A stretch of 63,040 nucleotides of DNA, the filler included, from Octopus bimaculoides (lineage: Eukaryota), in NCBI RefSeq assembly GCF_001194135.2. It is 6 parts of 5 records of this genome, joined end to end, with 100 filler letters (N's around TTAATTAATTAA, not from the genome) between each part and the next. Parts side by side here need not be neighbours in the genome. Positions count along the whole stretch, not along the records: positions 48,662 to 54,734 come from NC_068999.1; positions 54,835 to 63,040 come from NC_068986.1; 4 more parts are not named here. The stretch is one strand, 5' to 3'. Each line of letters starts with the position of its first letter. Positions within the stretch are counted from its first letter, which is position 1. The position numbers and the translations under genes were made by a program. Below the pieces are notes generated by a model. It was not told where the DNA came from. It was given only the letters and a program-made list of their open reading frames with translations, and did no database searches. Shown here piece by piece: positions 48,681 through 61,491 of the stretch.

Positions 48681-49401
48681 AAAATACAAAATGGGACAAG
48701 AATGCAAAACATCCAGATAGACGATACAAAGAAAACAAGGACGGGTCATTCGGAATTTTCTTTCCTCAGTCGAGTTCCAGGTTATTTTTGCAATTTCGGC
48801 TGATTCTACTCAAGATTGCTCCAATCTGGTCAGCCCCAAGGAAGAACTAAGCTAAGAGCATTAGATTCCTTGGAAAAAAGCAGCGAATGTATAGGAAAAC
48901 AAGGACGGAAAAAAACGTTGAATGTTACATAAATACAAATAACAGGACATTAACAACGGGTGTCTTTCGACTAAGGATGAATTAGATTAATCTGGTGTGT
49001 GTGGAAGTAAAGCCTTACGACAGGGATATAAGATTTCACAGGCATAGGGAGGAATATAGATGTTGCACGGACGACGGGCGAACCAAGAAAGAAAGGTCAG
49101 GTTTGGCCGAACAGCGGTCACGAGGGGAGGGAAGAGAAAGAGGTAGAGGCAGAGGAAGATGAGAAATAAGGAGGGGCGAGGAAAAATGACAGGGGCACAG
49201 TGAAGGGAAAAGAGGAGGGAAAGTGAGCATGAAGAAAAGGCAAGGAAATGTGAGAGAGGGGGGACGAAAGAACGAAGAGTGGAATGAACGAAGTAAGCAT
49301 GAAAAGGCTGATAGAAAGAAGGAAAGAATAAAAGAATAGAGCCGTACAAGATTTAGATAAATATATGCTTACATACAAGAGACCAAAGTGTACGTACGCC
49401 G

Positions 49402-49433
<32 letters not shown>

Positions 49434-49680
49434 CAAAATGGGACAAGAACGCAAAACATCCGGACAGTTAGGTGATACACAAAACGGACAATAAAACATC
49501 CAGATAAACGATATAAAGACAAGTCATTCGGAGTCTTCTTTCCTCAGTCGAGTTCCAGATTATCTTTGCAATTTCGGCTGGCTACACTCGAGATTGCTCC
49601 AATCTGGCCAGCCCCAAGGAAACACTAAGCTGAGAGCATTAGATTCCTAGGAAGAAAGCAGCGAATGTATACGAAAACAA
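48681..49680 (-). mobile_element. Penelope-like structure: two direct repeats around ~450 bp of purine-biased internal sequence
   Basis: Direct repeats 48681-48977 and 49428-49680, each abutting (TA)n. The clade call is inference. Confidence 0.55.
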
Positions 49681-50644
49681 TATATATATATATATATTTA
49701 CTTATTTATTTTCTTTGTATCTTCTCATTTTGTCCTGTTTGTTTTCGTCACCGACCCCTCAATTTATGAATTAGTTTGTACTGCCTTCTCTCTCTTTCTT
49801 TCTTTCTCTCTCTCTTTCTTTCTCTCTCTCTCTCACTCGTTGAATACGATATTCATTATAATATTCTGTTAAAATACCAATTTATACTTTCGTGCGCTTA
49901 TGGTAGGCTATATACATGTTCTTGAGTCGAACTAGAACTTAGAACGGTAAACTTTGCTCTATTATGAATATTCTACAGCGGGTATATAGCTTCACCTACC
50001 AATTTGGAAATAAATACATTTGATAAGCTAAAGTAACAGGCGTTAAAGCTGAAAATATACTGGTGATAAACGATCTGGCATTGACATCAAAAGCTTCAAT
50101 AGTACAAACTTACATATGATATTGATTTGTAAGATATTGATAAGACACTTTAGAAAGAAATAGTGGTTATCATCATACCAATTAATCTTAAGGTAAGCAG
50201 GAACAGTCTTGCAATTGAATTTAGAAAGCTGTGAAGAAGAGACATTCGTTATTGTTTTCGCAGTCTCCTTCATAGAACGGTATTATATCTGACTATTGAC
50301 GTTTTTGTATATATTTATCAATCTTCTATCACAGAATAAAAGCTATTTGAAGATGTCAGCATTACTTGAAGGCTAAGAAACACATTTGAGATAGTGAAAT
50401 CTGGTTATACTAATCAATTTTGTTCCAAACTTCTGACTCTTTATTTGAATGTAACAGATCCTCTATATTTATTCTTGTTTCCCCGCAACATACTTTCATT
50501 AAAGATAATAATTGGTAAACTATGTAATAATTGGTAAAATAATGCTCAGTGTCCATAGACTGCATGGATATTGTGAGCGCGTGTGTGTGTGCTTGTGTGC
50601 TTGTGTGTTTGTGTGTGTGTGTGTGTGTATGTTGTCTGTGTGTG

Positions 50645-50722
<78 letters not shown>

Positions 50723-51260
50723 GGAGGAAAAGTGAAACAGTAAAAAGAAAGTCTAATAGAAAGAGGAAGGTTATTCGGAAATTCGGATGTTATATTGCAA
50801 TACAGTGACGCTGACAGAGCGACAGAATTATTGATTTAGATTTTAAAGATGTTCCAGTGAATTGTAAAATTAAAGCTTGCTGGTATCCGCTAAATTTGTT
50901 GTTATAGCAAGATACATGAAAGTCAGCTAAGCTACCAATACAATATTTTATGAAAGTTCTAATTGTCGAGGTATAAAACTTGAGAATTATGAACGACAGT
51001 AATTACAGCAGAAAATATTAACTCCAGTTAAAACCATCAGTAAACTTGAGATTGAAATTCAATCATTGGAGATTAATAGATGATCAAGCATTTAGATTTA
51101 CTCCCATTTTGAAACAACATAGTTCTTAAAGAATTGCGGTGAGTTAAGTTGTGAGACTCAGGAGACCACAAATTGCATGGTTACCAAAGATGAACTAAAT
51201 CTATGACCAAATTGTCGAATTTTCTTACTTATAGATAAGAATCATGGGTAATCACAACTA

Positions 51261-52525
51261 TTGGGTCATCCCATAAATAATTCGGTTTTTTCAATTGCAT
51301 GAACTAAAAGTCAGAGGAGGACGGGATAAAAAAACCTGCATCAACTTGCTCTAAAAGCAGGTAGTAATTTTACCTTGTCCTTATTTTTAATGCAACTTTT
51401 GAAGCGTTCAGTTCAATTTTAAGAGTTAGTTTTTCAAAGCTATAATGAAAGTGACAAAGGAGCATATTCGGCATATTCTGCTTTATGAGTTCAATAAAGG
51501 CAACAACGCAGTGGTAAGTGCAAGGAATAGTGATGCAATATATGGGGATCGGACAATAAGCGTAAGCCAGTGTCAACGGTGGTTCAAGAAATTCCGAGCC
51601 AGAAACTACAGCCTAGAAGAGAAGCCTCGCCTTAGAAGATCTGTAGAGCTCTACGAGGACGTCCTGCAAACCCTGGTGGAACAAAAAAAATCCCATCATA
51701 ACTGTTGGGGAACTAGCAAAGAAGCTTGGATTTGGTCATTCAACCTTCCTCGACACCTGTGTGCCATCGGGAAAGTCAGAAAATTGGGTCAATGGGTTCC
51801 TCACAAACTTTCCGAGTCTAATCGCGCTCAGAAAGTGAATGTTTAGTCTTCTTTGCTGTCACGTCTCACGGACGGACACTTTTTGGACTGAATAGTGACT
51901 GGTGACGAGAAATGGGTTCTCTATTAAAATGTTAAGCGCCGAAGATAGTGAGTAGGGAAAGGAGAAACACCGGCACCCCAGGCTAAAGAAGGCATTCACC
52001 AACGTAAGGTGTTGTTATCTGTTTGGTGGGATATGAAAGGTTTAGCCACTTTGAACTTTTAAACCCAAACCAGACGATAACAAAGGAGATCTACTGCAAG
52101 CAGCTTGTACGACTTAAGTCAGCGCTAGACGAAAAATGACCATCTTTGGTGTCAAGAGGAAAGGTGTTCTTCCATCAGGATAATGCTCGGCCATACACAG
52201 CGAGGATGATATTCCAAAGGCTGAAGCAGTTTGAAAGGGGAAACGATGCTCCACCCACCATATTCGCCGGACATTGTCCCATCTGATCCCCGGAGTCTTC
52301 ATAATTTGGACGGAAAAATATGAATTCTGTAGACGAGGTCAGGTCAGTACTGAGGGAGTATTTTTCGTTACGGACAAGTGAATTTTGGAAGAGGAGCCTT
52401 GCAAGTCTACCGGATAGTTGGAAGAGCGTTGTAGAAAATGAAATACAGCATATTTTAGATTAAAAAAGAACTTTGCTTATCTTAATTTTGTGTAGAAAAA
52501 CTGCATTATTTTTGGGATGATTCAA
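51261..52525 (+). mobile_element. Full-length but inactivated DD34D mariner
   Basis: TA-flanked ~29-bp TIRs, 1265 bp long, with motifs WVPHKL, GDEKWVLY, VLLSVWWD, FHQDNARP and YSPDIVPSD. Confidence 0.95.
51445..52460 (+). pseudogene. Mariner transposase pseudogene
   Basis: Starts MKVTKEHIRHILLYEF and carries several frameshifts and in-frame stops. Confidence 0.92.
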
Positions 52526-52839
52526 TATTTACTGGAAGCAAAAAGAACGCATAATGACTCATGTACTTTCAATACTGGATTAATACTTTTACAACAGCGT
52601 GATTAAGTAAAGCATTCACTCGCTCAAGTTTATTTACCGATATGCCATAAAATTGTTAGTTTGATAGTGAATGGGACATCAGTAATACCGTTATCTTTGC
52701 AGAGGGGCTGGAATTGATTTATGTAAATATATGCATAGGCTCGGTTCTAAAATATAGTTTTAGTGTTGTACAATTAAATTATTTAAATAATTTAAAAGAG
52801 TTTTCATGTTCATAATCTAGCAGTTACGTTGGCAATGCC

Positions 52840-54240
52840 ATCACTAAAAAGTCACGCCAAAACCATCACTATTACCACCACCACAGTCATTCTCTTCACC
52901 CCCACCCCACCCCCAAAAATGCAACTATCACCACTACTGTTACCGCCACATCTGACACCATTACCATCTTTACCTCCACCAACATCCGCACCACAACAAT
53001 CATGACTACCACCACCACTATCACCAATATTACAACTACCACCTTCAATTACGATAAACTACCTCGTAACGATCGCTTACCATGCTAGAAATAGCAGCCA
53101 AATATCCCAGGAATCGAATAAGAATAAGTCTCTAATGTAGAGAAAGAGGAGGTATTCACGATTAGGACACCATTGATCATCGTCATAAATAACAAAAGTA
53201 AGTAAAGTAGAGTAAAGCAAAATATAGGGTACGGCAAAAATGTACATCTCACATTTTACAGGTTAACAAACGATTCAACAGCAAACATATGCTGCGAACC
53301 GGTCCTAATGAAAAAATAAAATGGTAAAAATATTGGCTTCAGATTTTGGCATAAGGCCAGCAATTTCGGGGAGGGGGTAAGTCGATTACATCGACTCCAG
53401 TGTTCAACTGGTACTTGTTTTATCAATCTCCAAAAGGATGAAAGTGAAAGCCAACTTCGGCGGAATTTGAACGCTAGGACGGAGGAAATGCCCGGCGTTT
53501 TCTGCCAGCTCGACGCCTTGATATTGAAAATATTAACTAAAGGAAAATGAAAGGGTAAAAAGATGTACGCACAGCCAAAAGATGTTCATAGGCTTGTTTT
53601 TATGCGTGTATTTCGTTTATGGGTCTTTTGTGTGTACCTGTGTTGTTTGTCTGTATATCCAGTCTTACAACAGCAGACTACCTATCCACCAATTACCCAG
53701 AATTTTATTGTTTTATTTCTTGCTCTTTAATACTAATACTCTAACCCTCAACTCCTCCATATCAACACCAACAATACTGCCATCACCACCTCCACGCTCA
53801 TCTTCCTCATCACATGACCACCACCACCTGAAGTATAAGTTCTATTAAACACACCATCATCACTAACACCCCTACTATCAACGTCGCCATCATTAGTACA
53901 ACCATCATCCGATTCATATCATCATCATCATCATCATCATCATCGTCGTCATCATCATCGTCATCATCATCGTCACCATCATCAATATCATCATCAGCAG
54001 CATCCACTTTAATAGCTCAATCATAGCTCAGTCTTCTATCATTAGTAGCACTATCCTATCTTCATCATTATTGCTACTTCATATCAATCAATTTCGTTAC
54101 CATCCTCACTTTATCATCCAGCAGCAACAGAAACCCGATACCATTATCTTCACCACCTCCACCTCCGCCGCCGCCACCACCACCACCACAACCATCGCCA
54201 CCACCTCCTCCTTCTCATCTTCCTCCTCCCTCGTTACGCA
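52840..54240. repeat. Trinucleotide (ACC/CAT/CAC) low-complexity fields with a SINE B (-) at 53335-53518
   Basis: Direct inspection; family-B motifs. Confidence 0.8.
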
Positions 54241-54256
54241 CTCTACTATCTCCATT

Positions 54257-54450
54257 GCGAGGATCGGCTGAAGAGTTCAAAGGCTGACCAAGATATTCTC
54301 ATGGAATGAGACCAAATGAGACTTATTTGCGATCCATATACACTTCTGCCAACGGTGTTGCAGTGCTGGGATCCTGTTGATGCTGAAGTTTTCATCCTGT
54401 TGGTCAAAATAGTCAACAGCAGATATGACGTCATTATCACTGCAAAATTA
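54257..54450 (-). mobile_element. Mariner 3' end fragment with TIR
   Basis: Minus translation DNDVISAVDYFDQQDE..LQHRWQKC; terminus GGTCAGCCTTTGAACTCTTCAGCCGATCCTCGCA. Confidence 0.8.
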
Positions 54451-54957
54451 AGTAATGTTTGCGAGATTTCACAGTTGTAGCATCACTCCTTCATAGTCAG
54501 CTAATGATCTTTTCAACCCACCCACGTACTTCAACAAGCACGATCATCATCACCATCATCATGACGACGACGACCACCACCACCACCACCACAACAACAA
54601 CAACCACCGCCACCGCCACCACCACAACCACCGCCACCTCTACTCCTCTTCCTCCTCCCTCGCTACACACTCTACTATCTCCATTGCGAGGCTGTATGGA
54701 ACCTAGAATTTTTTAAGCCTGATCAAAACCACTTNNNNNNNNNNNNNNNNNNNNNNNNNNNNNNNNNNNNNNNNNNNNTTAATTAATTAANNNNNNNNNN
54801 NNNNNNNNNNNNNNNNNNNNNNNNNNNNNNNNNNCCCAAATCATATATGAATCCCCGGGGATGATATGGATCCCGGTTGAGAACCACTGCTTTGAATGAT
54901 AAATTTAACTCCATCATTAGCATTACTTCTTTTCATCAACAAATATTTGTTATATAC

Positions 54958-55345
54958 CAAGGGCAACGAGTTGGCAGAATCATTAGATCGTTCGGAAGGA
55001 ATGACTTGCGGAACATCTTCCGGTTCTTTACATTCTGATTTCAAATTCGACCGAGGTCAACCTTGATTTTTATCCGTTCAAGGTCGACCCTGAAAGGATG
55101 ACATAAAGTCGAAAGAAATGCTGCTAAGCATTTTGTCCAATGCCGTAACGATTCTGTCGGCTATTTATATATATAAAGATTGATAGATAGCCGACAGAAA
55201 CGTTATCTATCTATATATTAAAAGATAGATAGATGTCAAACTTTAGCACAAGGATACCACATTCAAGAGATGTGGGTAAGTCGATTACATCGACCACAAT
55301 ATTCAACTTGTACGTACTTATTTTATCGAGCCCGAAAGGAATATA
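54958..55345. mobile_element. Rearranged SINE B chimera (plus head, inverted head, minus tail)
   Basis: Orientation switches near 55085; perfect 13-bp inverted repeat at 55152-55164 / 55187-55199. Confidence 0.7.
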
Positions 55346-55823
55346 AAGGCAAAGAGCGCGCGGGCACAGACACACACACACACATACACACACACGCACA
55401 CATGCACACACACACTTAAAGGATAGAACTCCTTAGCCTGTCAGTAGGTTTCTTCAGCTAAATACATGTCGTTGATTGGTTAAAATTACCCAAATACAAC
55501 TTTAACAAGAAATAACTTCTAAAATACGAAATTTTGTCAAAAATGTTGAAAATAAACCGTGTTGAGCGTGAGAAATTACACCAGTATACGAAGTTTCAAA
55601 CTGCTTAGTTAAGAAAAAATAATAATTTAAAATAACCTGTAAGCCAAACTGAAGAGATCCCACATCGCTCTGGGAATCGAAACCACAATTTTACTATCAT
55701 AGGTCCAACGCCATAACCACTATGCCACGCACCTTCACTACACACACACACATATATACACACACGCTTTTGTTTAAATTGTCTAGCAAATGAGTTGATC
55801 TGAGACAGCGTGTTAAAACTTAA

Positions 55824-56497
55824 GGAAAAGCCACTTAAAAATACACCAAAAAATGGTTATATCTACTTTTGTATTGAATATGCGGACATATGGGTGTGCT
55901 ATATTCTTGTTGATTGATTTTGACCTCTTGGTATCGGTCACCGATCGGTCATCATTAGGTATATATATTTTCTTCCTTTCTTTTTGTTTTTTGTTTTTGA
56001 ATTGTTTATAAGATCGTATATACCGCTGTCATTTTTTCACCTCTTATGTTTTCTTTTCTCGAAGGTTAGCTTTGAATTAAAACCTACCGCGATCGCTGGG
56101 AACATTTCTCTTGTGTGATATGAATCTATAGAAATTGCGGTTCCTGCAATGTAGGGTGAAATTTTATGTTAAACTTGTTACAAAAATACAATGATATATA
56201 GAATGTTGTAAACAATAAAAATAAAAATGATAATAATAAAGCAATAGAAATGGAATCTGGGAATGACTAATGATGGCAGATCAATGACCGATGATCGGAG
56301 GTCAAAGTCAACGAACATGAATACAACAAACCTATGAATCCGTACTTTCAACGCAGAACGTATAAAAAATTAAAAAAACAGGTCGGAACTGTGTCAGTGA
56401 CCGGGTCGTAGTCTTATAATGCTAATTTTCACACCTCAAGAAATAAAGTAGGAGTAAATATTAGAGTTCCTATATGTGCTTTAAGTGGCTATATTCC
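55824..56497. mobile_element. Old DNA-transposon-like element with imperfect long inverted arms
   Basis: GGAAAAGCCACTTAAA / TTTAAGTGGCTATATTCC ends; inner arms ~55865-55955 and ~56285-56360 are reverse-complementary. Confidence 0.5.
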
Positions 56498-56507
56498 ACG
56501 ATGTGAG

Positions 56508-56592
<85 letters not shown>

Positions 56593-56789
56593 CTGTCTTA
56601 ATGCAGAGATTGAGGAGACCGTCCGAAGAAGAAAGGATGCAATGTAAAGCTTTTATTTACGTATACGCAAAGCTTTCAACGTTTCTATAAAAATTTCGAA
56701 ACACAGATGCAGTTGTATTGGGTTTTGAATTTGTATATATGTATATGTATGTAGAAATACATACATACATACACACATACATACATACA

Positions 56790-56820
<31 letters not shown>

Positions 56821-57044
56821 GTTAAAATAAAACTGAAGATCAGTGAAAAAGAGAACACTTATGCTGAACTATTGAGGAATCTGCAGTTACTCTATCCAGA
56901 TTACAAGTTCAGGTTTATACCTGTAATTATTGGGGCACTGGGATATGTAACACACTGCCTAAATACCAATCGTGAGAAATTAGGCTTCTCAAGACCAGAA
57001 AGGAGAAAGCTAATTTGAAGACTACAGATCCAATCCATCACTGA

Positions 57045-57080
<36 letters not shown>

Positions 57081-57779
57081 ATACACACACAAACACGAAT
57101 CGGTGGATGTAATTTTATACGCATAAATATCTGTGTGCATATATGTACATGTGTATACATGTGCACGTGCAAACAGTGCATGTTTGCACACTATATTCAT
57201 GTCAAACATGCTACATTGGAGTAAAAAAAAAACCTATACAGGAGTATGAAAAGGAATTTAATTTTCACGTATTGTCATTCCTTAGTTGAATATCAAGCTA
57301 AACAGACGTAACACACAACAAAACTGCAGTGAAACTCTACAAGTTGACACTTGCAGGTTATGTTAACGCTTATCCTTCGACTGCACTATCTTCTACTTGA
57401 TACGTTAAAGGCCTTGAAGGCGTCATACGGCTTCTAGTGTGTCGTCATTTTACGTTATCTGTTGATGAAAATATATTTCTGTTTCAGTTTTACGATATCA
57501 CTCGGTTAACGTGATTTGAAAACACATATTAGGAGGAGTTTTCTTTCCTCTTTTTCTATGTCCAAGAAAACGTGTTTTGACTAAGATAGTATTTCTCTTT
57601 TCTCATTCTTCGTTTTTGAGTTATTTAGGCAATAGTGGGTTTTAATATCGTTGTAGTATGCAGAAAGAATCGCTGCATTGCTCTTGGCTTAGCTTGTTTA
57701 CTACTAAAAATATGAACAAAATCAAAATTTTATGTAAAAAGAAGTGATTGCTAAATTACAAAAATAGGTGAGTGTAGAT

Positions 57780-58398
57780 GCAGGTATGGCCGTGTGGTTA
57801 AGAACCTCGCGTTACAACCACATGGCTTCGGATTCAGTCCCACTGTACGACACATTAAGTGTCTTTTATTATAGTTTCGGACCGACTAATACCAGTTTTT
57901 CTTTTTAAGCAATGAATTTAATTTTTTTTTTCTTTTTTAAAGACACTCATTTATTCCAGAAATAATTCATTGAAAATACAAAGAAACAAGAAAAAAAAAA
58001 TAGAGAGAGATGAAAAATAAAAGAAAGGAATGAAAAGGGGGTGGGAGGATGAGCCACATACTCCAGAACAAATGCTGTGCTCAGCCGTATCCTGCGGTAG
58101 TGACCGCGATAGCGTTAGCGCGGAGAATGGCCAGCGACACCCACTGCAGCAGCCACTCGACCTCGCTGAGCTCATTTCTCCGACGGGTTGCCGTTATTTC
58201 TATTTAGCGGAGGAAATCGGATATACTTAGTGTGTGAATTTGGTAGATGGAAATTGTGTAGAAGCACGTCGTATATGTGTGTGTGTAAATGTGTATGTAT
58301 GTTGTGCGTGTGTGTGTGTGTGTGTGTGTCTTTGAGCTTGTCTCTTCCATCGCTTGACGACTGGTGTTGGTTTGTAACCTAGCTGTTTAACAAGAAAT

Positions 58399-58430
<32 letters not shown>
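57780..58430 (+). mobile_element. SINE family A split by an insertion (head 57780-57893, remainder from ~58227)
   Basis: The head ends ..GACCGACTAATACC and the remainder resumes at ..GAATTTGGTAGATGGAAA.., contiguous in the family consensus. Confidence 0.75.
57894..58226 (-). mobile_element. 5'-truncated CRE-like (RLE) non-LTR retrotransposon 3' end with poly-A
   Basis: DFLR*I..E.EWLLQWVSLAILRANA resembles the CRE C-terminal Q-R-x-S-x-A-x-x-R-G-N-A motif (recalled, not searched). TGA, pyrimidine-rich UTR, AATAAA and A-rich tail follow; GC/CpG rich. Confidence 0.7.
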
Positions 58431-58570
58431 TGACGAAAGAAACAATCTTAAAGGCTAATAGAAATACGGATGTATTTTTATACAAATACCGAAATACTGA
58501 AATTAGCCAGACAGTTACAAAAAGTCTCTAGAAATACTTAGCAATATAATTTGATGGTCTATCAAGGTAA

Positions 58571-58636
<66 letters not shown>

Positions 58637-59834
58637 NNNNNNNNNNNNNNNNNNNNNNNNNNNNNNNNNNNNNNNNNNNNNNNNNNNNNNNNNNNNNNNN
58701 NNNNNNNNNNNNNNNNNNNNNNNNNNNNNNNNNNNNNNNNNNNNNNNNNNNNNNNNNNNNNNNNNNNNNNNNNNNNNNNNNNNNNNNNNNNNNNNNNNNN
58801 NNNNNNNNNNNNNNNNNNNNNNNNNNNNNNNNNNNNNNNNNNNNNNNNNNNNNNNNNNNNNNNNNNNNNNNNNNNNNNNNNNNNNNNNNNNNNNNNNNNN
58901 NNNNNNNNNNNNNNNNNNNNNNNNNNNNNNNNNNNNNNNNNNNNNNNNNNNNNNNNNNNNNNNNNNNNNNNNNNNNNNNNNNNNNNNNNNNNNNNNNNNN
59001 NNNNNNNNNNNNNNNNNNNNNNNNNNNNNNNNNNNNNNNNNNNNNNNNNNNNNNNNNNNNNNNNNNNNNNNNNNNNNNNNNNNNNNNNNNNNNNNNNNNN
59101 NNNNNNNNNNNNNNNNNNNNNNNNNNNNNNNNNNNNNNNNNNNNNNNNNNNNNNNNNNNNNNNNNNNNNNNNNNNNNNNNNNNNNNNNNNNNNNNNNNNN
59201 NNNNNNNNNNNNNNNNNNNNNNNNNNNNNNNNNNNNNNNNNNNNNNNNNNNNNNCTCCTCACCATTCCGACTGTCCTATTTCCCAGCACTAATCATTTCA
59301 TCTTTTCCTTCCTTCCTAGAATAATCTCGAATATTCTCCAGTCCAAGTTTTATGAGCGATGCCATCAATCTACAGAACATCGACTGCAACAATGCCAACA
59401 TCACGGAGGGCCTCTGAAGTTTATACGAACACCTTTCTCTCTTCTCCTTCTGTGACTTATAACTTGTTTAAAAAAATTGCTTTGAGCCTAAAATGCATTT
59501 CAGAACATTCCTGTTATAAAGAGAAATAAAAATAAAAGGCAACGGCTAAAGAGAAACGAAATGTAATTTGGAAAAAAAAAAAAAAAAAGTACACCACAAG
59601 GAGAAGAAAGAGAAGGAGAAATCTTGTGTGTTAGGCAGAGCCCTTTATCAAAGTAGAGAGTAATTCTTGGCTATATCAGCTTATATACAAAGTTGTGTAT
59701 GGATGATGAGACGAGAAAGAGAGATAATTTGTTGCTGTCACTGCAGGTGAACAGTAGAGTTGTTATGTAGCTAGAACTGGTTTTCGTATGTGATGGTGAA
59801 ACATTTCCACAACTTTACCGTTTCGAGCAAATTG

Positions 59835-60015
59835 GTCAGGGGCATTTCTTCTGGCTTTACGTTTTGAATTCAAATGCCACCGAGGTTGACTTGGCCTTTC
59901 TCCTTTCGGGAGTCAATAGAATAAGTACGTACCAGTTGAGCACTGGGGTCGATGTAATCGACTATTCCTTTCACTTAAAATTTCGGGCCTTGTGGCTAGA
60001 TTAGAAAGAATTATT
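59835..60015 (+). mobile_element. SINE family B, old-tail subfamily, 5'-truncated
   Basis: GAATTCAAATGCC..CACTGGGGTCGATGTAATCGACT..GGGCCTTGTGG. Confidence 0.82.
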
Positions 60016-60542
60016 GTTACTATTATTTCTTTTGAGTCAACGTCCTTCAACGTGCTACAAATAGCAATCAAATTTCCCACAGATCTGAGCCTTCTGCCTA
60101 TAATAGGAACACATTCAACTATGACATACAATATATGCCAAAACGAAAAAAAAATCGAGATGGTTAGAGCTGGAGCACTTATGAGCCTAGATTTCCTCAA
60201 CCATAGCTGAACTGGGGTTCAACAACTACAGCTCTTCAGTTGTTTTAAATATAACCAATACTAGAACAATGGAGAAATGTAATAAACACCGTTTATGATA
60301 ATAATAATAATGTTTTCAAATGTTGGCACAAGGCCAGAAATTTCGCGGGAGCGAGTAAGTCGATTATATCAACCTGTGGTTCTTGCTGAATGGCTCCTTC
60401 TGATTTCCCTTGAATTTTTTCAGAAGTGCGACCCACTTCTCGCGAAAACCATTAAAAATTTTTGCCAGAAAACAGATTTAGTTGGTGATATGCATAGTAG
60501 TAACGCCACACATTTATTGTGCTGTTGTTTATCCTCCATCTT

Positions 60543-60795
60543 TTTTCTTTTACTTGTTTCAGTCATTAGATTGCGGCCATGCTTCGACACCACTTTGAAG
60601 AATTTTTAGTTGACTGAATCGACCCCAGCACTTACTAATTTTTTAAAGCCTGGTACTTATTCTATCAGTCTCCTTTGCCGAACCGTTAAGGTTACAGGGA
60701 GGTAAACGTACCAACACTGGTTGTCAAGTGGCAGTGGGGGATAAACTACAACACACACACACACACACACGCACGCATATGTGTGTGTGTATATG

Positions 60796-60878
<83 letters not shown>

Positions 60879-61034
60879 GGCGGGTTTCTTTCAGTTTTCG
60901 TCTATCAAATCCACTCATAAGACTTCGGTCTGCCCAAGGCAATCGTAGACAACACTTGCCCAAGATGCCACGTAGTGGGACTGAACCCAGAACCACGTGG
61001 TTGGGAAGCAAGCTTCTTACCACGCCTGCGCCTG
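60543..61034 (-). mobile_element. Full-length SINE family A with expanded internal (CA)n(TA)n
   Basis: Tail, core and head are all present on the minus strand. Confidence 0.9.
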
Positions 61035-61444
61035 TGTTAATTATGATTTTTCAGAAGTATCTTTCAGATAATGTAAAGAGTGAGATGGCTGGAGGAATTT
61101 ATATTAAACAAAAATCATTAAAAGGGACGTATGATGTAAGACTGCAAAAAGAGGGCACACATTGTAGGACTCGCCTAGACCGCTGAATGTGTGATTAGCT
61201 AAAATATGAAACAAACATATTTGACTTAAATTATTTGAACTAAACTTGACAAACACAGTTACTTCAAATCTACAGCATGAAAATCATATATAAATATATT
61301 CTGTTCTTACTGTCATTGAGTTTTCTTTTAGCTACATTATATCACAGAGAACAAATTAATTCAGACACCATGGTGCAATCGTACTCGCTACACAGTCATT
61401 CTGGTTTCACAAAAATTGCTGATAGAACATTGATGCAAAATGAG

Positions 61445-61491
<47 letters not shown>

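Noticed and set aside
51445-51846. 133-aa ORF as an active or domesticated transposase
   Set aside because: It is frameshifted within the ORF and the catalytic domain has stops.
58084-58101. TTAGYG resembling a K+ channel selectivity filter
   Set aside because: It is followed by a stop rather than Asp, has no pore-helix context, and lies at the end of the CRE-like ORF.
11499-61023. Many long ORFs of YI/HT/CV/X repeats (e.g. 21131-21885, 28786-29805, 36276-37150, 42948-43788, 58528-59324)
   Set aside because: They are translations of dinucleotide microsatellites and N-gaps.
2425-61034. tRNA genes at A/B-box motifs
   Set aside because: All are SINE heads continuing into SINE bodies, and none folds as a full cloverleaf by eye.
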